A stretch of 64,000 nucleotides of DNA from Octopus vulgaris (GCA_951406725.2 OX597817.1:90396001-90460000); one strand, 5' to 3'. Positions 26,761 to 38,187 are shown, numbered from the stretch's first letter. Notes: generated by a model not told the origin, from the letters alone. Translations and numbers: made by a program.

Positions 26761-27339
26761 ATAAACAATTAGAACAACCTGATTAGAAGACAGCGGTTTT
26801 GGAAATGGAATTAGTGGTAGAAATATTTGTTAAGGAAGAGAAGTTCAGTTAATTAGGGAGTGTCGTGCCATGCCATGTGATGGATGGATTGCATTAGAAT
26901 GGAATGTCAGATGATGATTTTGTACACAAGAAATAAATTGGTAAATTTTAAAAACAATGAAAGAAATACATGAATAAAAGTTTTTTTAAAAAAGATTCTT
27001 CATGAAACTAATTATTATTTCATGGTTAATATTATATTTGTTAATTGGAGCCAGTAAAATTATGTGATTAAAATATTTTAGAATTAATCAAAAGAAATAA
27101 ATTTGTGATGAAATGGAATGAAGTATTTTTCTTAATTAGTTCAACAACAGCAATGTTTGATAAAATTTATGTATTCCTTCTTTCTTTCAAAATAAGTCTC
27201 CAATTTGTTAGATGACAAAAGACAAAAGAGTTAATTCTGCACACACATTTGCACACATGAACACACAAACATAGTACACAGGAATATTCTTTTACACATA
27301 CATACACATTATGGCCCAAAAGACATCAATATACATAAC

Positions 27340-27655
27340 AGGCATTCAAAAATACACACACTATAGCTACAAATAGACCAACATTACATGTACACCAGAG
27401 TCACTAGTGTACATATTACAACCATGAACACCTCAACATACATACTACAACTACGAACACACCAACACTCACTACAGCCACTAACAACAAACCAATATAT
27501 ACACTACAAACACCAAAATGTACAATACAGAAGCCAACATACACACACCATAGCAACTAACACACCAACATAAAATATACACAACAACCACGAATATACA
27601 CAGTACAATCACAACACACCAACATACACACTACAACTACTCAATCACCAATGTG
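27340..27655. repeat. Degenerate ~21-bp CA-rich minisatellite
   Basis: Repeated acaccaacatacactacaac-like units. Confidence 0.65.
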
Positions 27656-27889
27656 ATGTACTTAATGTAGTTTAAAATATTCATATTAAATGGTTAATCA
27701 GAAAACTATAGAAGCTAATGAAGATTCTGTTGAATCTGATTAGTTGATTGAGAAATTGAAATGAGGATTAAAACCTGTTTGAAAACTGGGATTTCTTGAG
27801 AACCTAATCTTATTACATATCAGTACTTGGAGACAGATAAGTCTTTAGCTGCTCCTAATCTTTTTATACAAACACACACACATAATATA

Positions 27890-28281
27890 TGATATGGTCG
27901 TATAGTTAAGTTCATTTCCCAACTACATGGTTTTGATTTCAGTCTCACCACTTGGTATCTTGAGCAATCATTCTTTTTAACTATAGTCCTGTACCAGCTA
28001 AAACCTTATGGGTGGACTGGGTCGATAGAAACTGAAAGAAGCCTGTTGTGTATGTGTGTGTTTCTTTGTCTCAGCATTGTGCAGTAATTGCGATCATGCA
28101 ATATGACATAAAAGAGATGCTATTTGTCTCTAAGCCTCCATGAAAATACATCTGGCCAAAGGGAAATATCATTTTGCTTGAAAATAGGTGAGAGTTAGCA
28201 GCAGGATGGTATCCAACCAAAGAAAATCTGCATCAATGAATTCATGGTAAAGTTAACATTATTAAAATGATGGTGATGTTG

Positions 28282-28283
<2 letters not shown>
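27890..28283 (+). mobile_element. SINE with family A head and an RTE-type (GAT)n tail
   Basis: Head ends gaaactgaaagaagcc, then ..tctggcca..gggaaatatc..ttgcttgaaaa.aggtgag..aaaatgatg. The same tail occurs at 5700-5975, 37770-37950(-), 43840-44060(-), 49945-50170 and 61050-61225. Confidence 0.65.
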
Positions 28284-28329
<46 letters not shown>

Positions 28330-29120
28330 ATGTGTGTGTGTGTGTGTGTTTATCTCAAAAGACTCCAAATGTCAGTGGTGGCCACTGATTTGTGTCTAGA
28401 ATGTTACTGTTCAATGTGCAGGTCAGGTTAGGATTTTTATGCAAAACCCATAGTTGCCTATGGCATGCAAGTTTCTACTATATCCACGGCACCAATGTTA
28501 TTCAAGTGAACAGCAAGGACTGAAACAACCTGACACTAGTGTCTTTGCTGACATTACTGTCAGAATGCAAAGTGCTGGAATAAATGCTACAAAGCATCTC
28601 ATCAGACTCCCTAACAGCTCTATCAATCTGCTGTTGTGAGATGACACTTTATTGCCCTTGAAAGGATGAAAGGCAAAATTGGTCTCAGTGGAATTTGAAC
28701 TAAAAACTCACAGAGCAGGAATATGCACTGCAAAGTATTGTATCTGATGCTCTAATGAATCTCACAATTCTTCACTATGAATATACTAACTGACCATGTG
28801 CCATCAATAATAATGGCTAATTGTAGTATTTTATTGTAGTATAATAAGGTGCAAAATAAGGTACATAATACTCACACATACAAACATTCACAGACTTCTC
28901 TTGTACATGCACACACATATACTCACACAGAGTTGAAATGCTGACTTTTTTTCACCCCTTCCTTCCTTATTCATCTATCACGACTTCCTTCCTCTCGTTG
29001 TTATTACTTTTTCTCACTCCCTCTCAGTCAGGGCTATTACTCTCACTACTTCTCCTTCCCTGAATCACTATTTTCTCTCCTCCTCCGTGTCTGGTGTGAT
29101 TCTGGACAAATACATATATA

Positions 29121-29615
29121 TATTTTGTTGGTGATGCATTTGTATATTGTCTTTGTTTATTTTAATATTGTGCTGTGTTATGAGTAAGGCTTCCAATATT
29201 GTTTATATTTGTAGGAAATTTTGTAAAGTGTAAAAATATTATCTACCAAATTCTTGCTAACCAACCACATGGTTCCGGGTTCAGTCCCACTGTGTGGCAT
29301 CTTGGGCAAGTGTCTTCTGCTATAGCCCCGGGCCGACCAATGCCTTGTGAGTGGATTTGGTAGACGGAAACTGAAAGAAGCCTGTCGTATATATGTATGT
29401 ATATGTATATATCTGTGTGTGTGTGTTTGTCCCCCTAGCATTGCTTGACAACCGATGCTGGTGTGTTTACGTCCCCGTCACTTAGCGGTTCAGCAAAAAG
29501 AGACCAATAGAATACGTACTGGGCTTACAAACAATAAGTCCCAGGGTCGATTTGCTCGACTAAAGGCGGTGCTCCAGCATAGTCGCAGTCAAATGACTGA
29601 AACAAGTAAAAGAGA

Positions 29616-29654
<39 letters not shown>

Positions 29655-30118
29655 TATACAAATATATAAAACATTACACTCATTATTATATTAGTAGATG
29701 TAACAGATTTATATCCAATCCTGAAATAATTTAAAATTTCCCATTTGGAATATGCAGTTATTAGAATCCAAAACTACATCATCAATAGCAAGCCAACAGC
29801 ATCTAAACTTGAGAACAAGCTACAAAAATGCAAGGAGATCATTAAATTTGGTTGTAAATGTAAAAGGTATAAACATCATGACTCCTGCTGTTGTATTAGC
29901 CACACAAATACAACTCTGTCTTACAGACTGATTATGCATCTACAAACAAGAGCACTGCATAATACAAAACAAATCTAGTTAGGAAGAATTTAGTAGATAA
30001 TATTTTTACACTTTACAAAATTTCCTACAAATATAAACAATATTGGAAGCCTTACTCATAACACAGCACAATATTAAAATAAACAAAGACAATATACAAA
30101 TGCATCACCAACAAAATA
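29121..30118. repeat. 135-bp near-perfect inverted repeat (29121-29255 / 29984-30118)
   Basis: The arms are reverse complements. By eye I found one mismatch (ctaccaaa vs tttagtag). Confidence 0.95.
29253..29616 (+). mobile_element. Young, 5'-truncated SINE family A
   Basis: Retains many CpGs (ccgggttc, ggccgacc, gacggaaac, cgtccccgt), lacks the head upstream of cttgct, and ends in (TA)n. Confidence 0.9.
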
Positions 30119-30388
30119 AACTTGTAACTATTTACATATGAACCTAATGATCAAATTTATATTAGTAACTTAAAAATTTGCCTCGTATGAAAATGAGGCA
30201 GCTACTGGTGTCAATAATAATCTTCATCTTGAAGATGAGAATGTGAAATTCAACAAATAATGATGGTTATGATGAATTTAGGGAGACTGTTGCTAGAAAT
30301 TAACTGTAAGGGGTTCATAGGAGAAAAAAACCCAACAAGAACACAGTTCTGTCATTAATACAGGTTTAATGTTTCATTAATGGTTAGA

Positions 30389-30423
<35 letters not shown>

Positions 30424-30442
30424 TATACACACACACACACAT

Positions 30443-30570
30443 ATTAGATAAATATAGTTATGGCCAGCCTGTGGGGTTACCCAGGGCTTCACACCCATAG
30501 CCAGCCATTAGGATTTGAAGAGATGCTATAAAGTTAAGCACTTTACCAGCCATAACTACCTTTAACTAAT
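30443..30570. mobile_element. Small Penelope-terminus-derived inverted structure
   Basis: Ends attagataaatatagttatggc / gccataactacctttaactaat. The interior matches 41365-41458 in two opposite orientations. Confidence 0.6.
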
Positions 30571-30586
30571 TACTCTACTGAGTAAT

Positions 30587-30636
30587 TTGGTGAGTGGATT
30601 TGGTAAATGGAAACTGAAAGAAGCCCATCATATATA

Positions 30637-30681
<45 letters not shown>

Positions 30682-30897
30682 TTGTGTGTCTGTGTTTGTT
30701 CCCCCCAACATCGCTTGACAACCGATGCTGGTGTGTTTGCACCCCTGTAACTTAGTGGTTCGGCAAAAGAGAATGATAGAATAAGTACTAGGCTTACAAA
30801 GAATAAGTCCGGGGGTCGATTTGATCGACTAAAGGCGGTGTTCCAACATGGCCACAGTCAAATAATTGAAACAAGTAAAAGAGTAAAGAGTAAAAAG
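30587..30897 (+). mobile_element. 5'-truncated SINE family A
   Basis: gtgagtggatttggta..gaaactgaaagaagccc..(TG)n..gactaaaggcggtg..aagtaaaagag. Confidence 0.9.
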
Positions 30898-31419
30898 GAG
30901 AGTATACTATAACTTAGAGTGGGCTTCTCTTTCAGGCTTATAATATACTAATGATATATATATATATATATATGCATACATATGCACACAAGAATGTTCT
31001 TACATCTCTGTGTATGTGTGCATGCATATTCTTTGTGTACCTGTGTGTGTATGTGTATGCATGTTCTTGTGTATCTGTATGTGTGCATGTATGTATATAT
31101 ATTATATAATAATACATTACCCAGATAGTCAAATCAACCATGGGAATATTCTTTAAGAAAGAAAGAATTGAGATTTAATGAAGACCAGATGGCTTTGTAT
31201 GTATGCCAATAACTTTTTTGTTGTTGTTGTTTTGCATAGATAACAAATTATATCTGTCCTACAAAACTCTTGCCCTTCAATGTACTGCCCTTCAAACTCA
31301 TGTGTTACAAACCCCAACCTCCTCCTCCTCCTCCTCCTCCTCCTCCCCTCCTTCTCACCTGCAGCAGCGCCATTGCTGCCGCCACAGCTGCCGCCGCCGT
31401 CACCACCACCGCCACCACC

Positions 31420-31451
<32 letters not shown>

Positions 31452-31917
31452 CAACAACAAGAAACCCCAAAGCAAAAGCAAAGAACTGAGATAGTTCCAC
31501 AGATAAATTTTCTAAATTCAAGAATTACATTGCTTGGGTTGAGTTATGTTTTTCATTCTTCAGTCATTCTTTTGTTTAATAATACCATCTTCTTAAATCT
31601 CATGTGATATATTTTTACTTTGCGTAAACTAATGTGTTACATATGTACACGTGTATGAGCATGAAGTAGCGTGGGTATGCATGTCGAGCATTAATGTGTG
31701 TGTATGTACATGTGTATGTGTATGTGTGTGCATGCATGTGTTTGTGTATGTGTGTGTACAAATGAAAAAGAAAGTTATCCAATTTATTAGTCATTCATTG
31801 GAAGAGGAGCCTTTACTTCATTGTTAATCAATTTCTCCCTTCAAAGAGAACTCAGGGTAGCCCCAGAGTAAAACCACAAAGATAAATGAATGAACATATC
31901 AGTATATATATATATAT

Positions 31918-32575
31918 AAGCTAACTGGCTAATCATGGCTAATCATAACACCAACAACTGTCCTGGCATTATCAATCTATATATCACTGGCAGGGAGATG
32001 AATCGCTGCTGCTTCTAGTGATCGAGTGTCCATCAATGATAAGACCAAACAAAGTCAAAATCAGTGGTCACGGTGCTGGAGGTAGTGGGGAGTTAACTCT
32101 TCACAAGTGATATACTCAAAAGTGCATTTTGCACCAAAAAGCCAATGTGAAAGCTTTTCTCATGGTAACTGCCGCAGTAAATTTTGTTCTAATAAAATAT
32201 CCACATCTAAGTGGAAATAAATATCAATTCTCAGTATGATTACTGCTTCTGTCTCTAATATATTTTTTTAATGAGTTAACTCACTAATCACAACACCAGC
32301 ACCTGTCCTGGCTTTGTCAATCTATCTATCGCTGATGGGGAGATGAATCACTGCTGTCACTAACAGTTGATTGTCCACCATTGATAAGACCAAACAAGGT
32401 CAAAATCACATGATCTGGTAGTCTTGAAGCTGGAAGTAGATTTATCTCCCAGCTAGCGATATAAACAAGTGTGCATTTTTGCACCAAAAAGCCAATAACA
32501 AAGCTTCTCTCATGGTAACTTCTACAGTAAAGTTTGTTTTAACAGAACATCTATGTCTAAGTAGGAATAAATTTA
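31918..32575 (+). repeat. Tandem dimer of the unclassified ~340-bp repeat
   Basis: Two diverged units (31918-32262 and 32272-32575) homologous to 13884-14190. Confidence 0.8.
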
Positions 32576-32658
32576 TATATATGTATATGTATATGTGTGT
32601 CTTCTACTGTAACCCAAGGCTGATCAAAGCCTTGTGAGTGGATTTTGCAGATGGGAAC

Positions 32659-35600
32659 TGTTGTGATGAGAGTCATAATGCCCCCTTGCAAGAAATAGAC
32701 TGGACTGAGTGATTATAAACAGTAGCAGTCAGAGTGAAGTTTGTGTGTTAGTTTGAGTTGAGTTCACAGTGATGTCAGAAGGTGCTGGTTGGTTAGTTCA
32801 TTTGGAATATTGATTGTTGGTTTGTGAAGACTGATGGATCATTACATTATTATTACGGCTGCATTGTTAGATTGTTTATTGTTACAACACTGATGCAATG
32901 TATCAAAGCCATCCATCACAATATTATGGTGGTACTACGACATTGGTGACAGAGGATACAACATCTGGTGATGAGGGTTTCGAAGCTCATGTAGGTTATT
33001 TAATAATTTGTTCATGATACAAATTGTTGAATGATGGATGACCTATTACCTTCTATGATGCAGTTGCAAAAGCAACAACAAGAGCAGCAACAGGAGTTGT
33101 AGAAGCAACTAGTACAGCAACAACTACAACAACAACAATTATTGGAGCTATATGCAAAAAAGTCCAAAAATGCAGTAAATTCATTTTCACCAGACGGTGT
33201 ATTGAACTCCATAACAGAATTCAGTTATAACCCAGAGGAGGGTATAACTTTTGCAGTGTACTACAGGAGGTGTGAGGAGATATTTAAGGAAGATTGCAAA
33301 ACATGGTCGGATGAAGGAAAAGTAAGGTTATTATTATGTAAATTAGCTCCGTCTGAGCATGAACAATACTATAATTTCATATTGCCCAAAAAGCCTAGTG
33401 AAATTTGTTTTCAGGAAACAATCAAATTACTGCCTAATATGCTCTATTTAACACTCGAATAGTGTTGGAATTTAACTAAAAAAGAGGATGGTGACTTTAT
33501 TATGTATGCAGGAACAGTCAACAGAATCTGTTAAAGTTTTGGACTTAAAAAACTTACTCCTGAGATGTTTAAGTGCCTACATATTGTACAAGGCCTTATA
33601 GCAAACGATGATACAGAAATATGAGCAAGAATTCTTTCAAAACTTGAACAAATGAACCAAGATTTAACAGATGTTACAGAAGAGTTTCAAAGGATCGTGA
33701 ACCTGAAACACGATGTAGGAAAAATTCAAGAAAAGAATTTCGCAAAAATACAGATATGTTGACCAAGAAAGTATAACCAAAGAAGATTGCTAGGTCCTAA
33801 TCCATGTTACGGATGTAGAAGCCTACATTTCAGAAAAGATTATCCTTTTAAAAACCCAAAATTTTACAGTTGTCAAAAATTTGGACATAAGAGTTCACAC
33901 CGCAGAACAAAAATATGAAGGTCAAATGCAAAAAATTCTAAATTGCTCTCAGCAGAAAGTAAAACTGACTCCCAAATAAGGAAATTTGTACACATAAAAG
34001 TTAACGGAGTAAATATTAAATTACAACTGGAAACTAGTGGTGACATTTCAATCATTAACACCAACATGTGGAAGAAAATAGGGCAACTTATATTTAAAAA
34101 AAACAGTGAAAACTGCATGTGGTGTGATAGGTGAAATGTAGAATGATGTCACATTTCAAGGCAAAAACCTGCTAGGTGAAAGTTTTCATCGTAACAAATG
34201 CAACCAATCTGTTTGGTACCAACTGGTTGGAGTTATTTGATTTATGGAATCTCCCAATAAGCTAGTACTGTAAAAAATTAAATGGCTGCCCCACCAGTGA
34301 AAAGAACTCAGCAGCGGAATTGAAGAAAGAGTTCATTAAAAACGTTATGTGTAATGTTATTCCCAAACTGCCAGTGACAGCACATGATATAAAAATGAAA
34401 TCCGCAGAGGATAATTACATTACAAGAATGAAAAAAATTTTGAAAAATAAGCGAAATAAAAATACAAATTCAAATAGTTTTTCACTATGTGATGATGTGT
34501 TAATGTATGCACAAAGAGTAGTGATACCAACTGTACGACAGAAATGAGTATTGCAGGAGTTCCGCAGTGGACACCTGGGAATGTTGAGAATGAAAATCTT
34601 AATGAGGAACTATGTATATTGGCTGACAATGGATCAGGACTTTGAAAATTGCGTAAAATTATGTAGAGGTTGTGCGCTAGCAGCTAAAGCACCACTGTTG
34701 AAAAACCAATTCTGGTCCAGGGTATATATTGACTGGACTGGTGAACAGCTCATAATATATAATCATTGTTGATGGCAGTACAAAGTGGCCAGAGGTATTC
34801 AGGTGCAATAAACCAGCCACAAACACAAAAATAAAATTTCTGTATGAATTATTCACTTGATATGGTGTTCCAGACATGTTGGTATCAGATAATGGAACAC
34901 AATTTATGGGTAGTGAATTCAAAAATTTCTGCTAAAAACATGTGATAAAGCATATTTTTACTCTGCTCTACCACTCAAGGTCAAACGGGGAGGAAGAAAG
35001 ATTTGATGATACTTTCAAGCAAGCATTAAAAACAGCAAGGAATGACATAGGTATTGATGAAGTGCTAATGAAATTCTTGAGGGTATATCGAGTAATGCCC
35101 AATCCGAACACCAGTTCAGGTAAGTCTTTAGCAGAGTTAATGTTCGTGCATAAAATAAAATCAATTGTTTGATAAATTATTACCAGGGAAAAATGGAGTT
35201 AAAGGAAATACAGAAAAAGCAACAAAACATTTCGAAGTAGGAGATAAAGTTCATTTAAACATTTTTTTAAATGGTAAAGAAGGCTGGAAGGGAGGTTTTG
35301 TAACTAAAAGATTAGGAAACATGATGTATGTAATTAAAGGACAATGTTGGCAACATAAAAGACACCTAAATCAATTAAAGATGAGACATACTGAAAAATG
35401 TAAGGAAATACCAATGGAAGTCTGCTACGACATGTTTGAGGTGTTAGCACTGAAAGAGATTGATCCCAGTAGAAGCAGCAGTAGAAAAAGGAAACAGACT
35501 CTACACTTAGAAATAATACCAAAATGAAAAAGAGTAAGTTTTAAAAATAAATTTAAAAAAAGAGAGAGGGAGAAGTGCAGGAAAAATAAAAAATAAAATA

Positions 35601-35946
35601 AATTTCACTTCTTACAGAAGTCGAAATCTCAAAAGGGGAGAAGTTGTGATGAGTCATGACAACCTCTTGTGAGAAACAGACTGGACTGAGCAATTATAAA
35701 TAGTAGCAGTCAGAATGAAGTTTGTGTGTTAGTTCAAGTTGGGTCAGCAGTGAAGCTGGAAGGTATTGGCTGGTTAATTTGTTTGGGATATTGATGGTTG
35801 GTTCATGAAGAGATTGTTGGATCATTACGTTGTTATTACGGCTGCATCATTATCCTATTTACTGTTACTTCCCTGATACAGTGTGTCAATACCATCTGTC
35901 ACAATATTGTGGTGATACCACAACACTGGAGACAGCAGATACAACA
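32659..35946 (+). mobile_element. Ty3/Gypsy (Mag-type) LTR retrotransposon, decayed, with RT and RNase H deleted
   Basis: LTRs at 32659-32963 and 35642-35946 (TGTTGT..ACAACA; first base of the 3' LTR mutated). PBS tggtgatgagg at 32966-32976, PPT aaaaggggaga at 35631-35641, degenerate TSD ggaac/gaaat. Confidence 0.95.
33031..35527 (+). pseudogene. Disrupted gag-protease-integrase of the Gypsy element
   Basis: Gag: polyQ, FSYNPEEGITFAVYYRRCEEIF..KVRLLL.KL, zinc knuckle CYGC..H. Protease: VNGVNIKLQLETSGDISII. Integrase: GHLGMLRMK.LMRNYVYW..CRGC, WSRVYIDW, SDNGTQF, SNGEEERF. Many stops and frameshifts. Confidence 0.9.
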
Positions 35947-35960
35947 GAAATGAAAGAATC

Positions 35961-36025
<65 letters not shown>

Positions 36026-36061
36026 GAGAATGAGAAAGAGAAAGAGAGAGAGACTGACAGA

Positions 36062-36223
36062 GTGATGTAGCTGTGTGGTAAGAAGTTTGCTTCCCAACCA
36101 CATGATTCCAAGTTCAGTCCCACTTCATGGCATCTTGAGCCAGTGTTTTCAGCTATGGTCCCAGGCCAACCAAAGTCTTGTGAGTAGATTTAGTAAATAG
36201 AAACTGAAAATAGCCATTGCATG

Positions 36224-36288
<65 letters not shown>

Positions 36289-36462
36289 ATGTATTTGCAC
36301 ATATGTCTTTGTGTTTGTCTCCTACCACCACTTGACAGATGGCATTGGCTTGTTTACAGCCCCACCACTTAACCAGTTGACCGATAGAATAAATGACGAA
36401 TAAGTACTGGTGTCAATTTCTTTGACTAAGATCTGCAAATGACTGAAACAAGAAAAAGATAA
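36062..36462 (+). mobile_element. SINE family A, followed by an inverted SINE A tail at 36481-36530
   Basis: Head, (TG)n and tail aaatgactgaaacaag, whose reverse complement lies at 36481-36503. Confidence 0.8.
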
Positions 36463-36533
36463 AATTATATATATATATATTCTTTTACTTGTTTCAGTCA
36501 TTTAACTGTGCTATGCTTGAGCACCACTTTAAA

Positions 36534-36590
<57 letters not shown>

Positions 36591-36594
<4 letters not shown>

Positions 36595-36803
36595 TATGTG
36601 ACCTCGTGAAGACTACCTGCAATTTTTTTTTTTTTCCTCTGTCCTCCCGTCTCGGGATCTTTCTTTCTCCTATGTTTCCGACGAAGAGCTCCGCTCGAAA
36701 CGTCATACCCTCCTTCTTCCATTTTCCTGAGCGCCTAATAATAATAATACTGTAATTGTTCCACGTGTTGTTGTTTTTTCTGTTTTCCTGTTTGGATTAA
36801 CCT
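36591..36803 (+). mobile_element. CpG-rich Penelope-type terminal fragment within (TA)n
   Basis: Bounded by (TA)n on both sides and contains a hammerhead motif. Confidence 0.6.
36674..36708 (+). ncRNA. Minimal hammerhead ribozyme motif
   Basis: GUUU CCGACGA A GAGC-UCC-GCUC GAAAC GUC AUAC. U4 appears as C and stem I has one mismatch. Confidence 0.7.
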
Positions 36804-36834
<31 letters not shown>

Positions 36835-36879
36835 AATTTGTTAGCTGTTCATAAGTCTGAAAAAAAGCTCACTCTAAAA

Positions 36880-37740
36880 CATCCTTTTGGCCAGTAATAT
36901 TTTATGTAGCTGTTGGTTATGGCCAGCAGTTAGAAAATCACCATTGGTTTCATACCTATCATTGCTCTTAGCAATATAGGCAATTCACCATGCCTATTGT
37001 CTGGAAGTGCATAACCTTTTTACTAATGGAGGTAAAAATACAGTCCTATCAGCATAAAGGTGAAAAAATGAAACAGAATTCTTCAACGCAAAAACCTCTT
37101 CTGGGAGAGATGGAGTTATCTCACTTTGTATGGTTTCAGCTATGGCTGATAAGGGTCAGTTTATGTACGTTTTCCATTCACTAGTCTGCAAGCAGGGAAG
37201 CTCATTTCTCCAACACAAATTTTCTGTCATGACAGCACTCATATCAAGTGAATTTTTTAGAATTCTTGCTTTCTCAGTTAAGCAAAGCTTGCATCATCTA
37301 CTTCCATTTAGGTATGATCCAGGCTGCTCCAGAAGCTTCTGTTTAATCCTATATGATGTTCCCTTTTCTTTTAAATGCCACATGTAGCTGGTCAAAGATA
37401 TAATGTGCTTCTCAGGGATCCTAAAGGAGGACTTGTGGTTTTTTAAGTCGCAACTTAAAGGGGCCCTTTGTTGATCCAACATATTTTCATGTATGTGTCC
37501 TTATGTTGTTGGTGCTGCTGGTGTTGTTATTTCTGCTGCTTCTGGAAGATCCAGCTTTACTGCTAATTCAATCATGTAGATAACATTTGCTATCAGCTAC
37601 TTCTAGTAAGCCTTCAAAGCATTTTAAGAAATTTATATCCCATGTATTCTTATTGCTAACTAATGCTGTGCATCTGTTACAGATGAAACTATCCACTCTG
37701 TAAGCTTTCCTGTTATCTAACTGGCAGTTGAAAAGCTAAA
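36880..37740 (-). mobile_element. Penelope-like element 3' part (GIY-YIG endonuclease remnant)
   Basis: Minus strand: LIANVIY..KYVGSTKGPFKLRL / KNHKSSFR..SLTSYMWHLKEKG..Y.NGSR*CKLCLTEKARIL. The downstream end has gttatggccagc..ggtttcatacctat, like 30455-30500. Confidence 0.85.
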
Positions 37741-37769
37741 ATTTTATACACACACACACACATATTGGG

Positions 37770-38187
37770 GCCAGAGAGAATTTACTGAAGTAATGCTCTT
37801 CCTGTTACCAAACCTCACCTGTTTCCAAGCAAGGTAATATTTCCTATGGCCAAACATGGTTTTCATGGGCGATTGGAAACTATCAACATTGTTGGTACAA
37901 CGGGGACACACACATGATATGAAGACAAGGAAGCACAGAAATATGCATGTACACCACACACACACACAGACACACACACACACACACACAGACACACACA
38001 CACAGACACACACACACACACAAATGAATTTCCACACAGTTTCTGTCTACCAAACCACTCACAAGACTTTGATTTATCTGGAGCGATAGTAGAAGACATT
38101 TGCCCAAGAAACTGTGCAGTGGAACTGAACCCAAGATCACATGGTTGGAAAGTAAGCTTCTTAACCACACAGCTATGGTTCTGCCTG
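37770..38187 (-). mobile_element. SINE with family A head and RTE-type tail
   Basis: Head at 38020-38187, a (CA)n linker, then the tail shared with 27890-28283. Confidence 0.7.
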
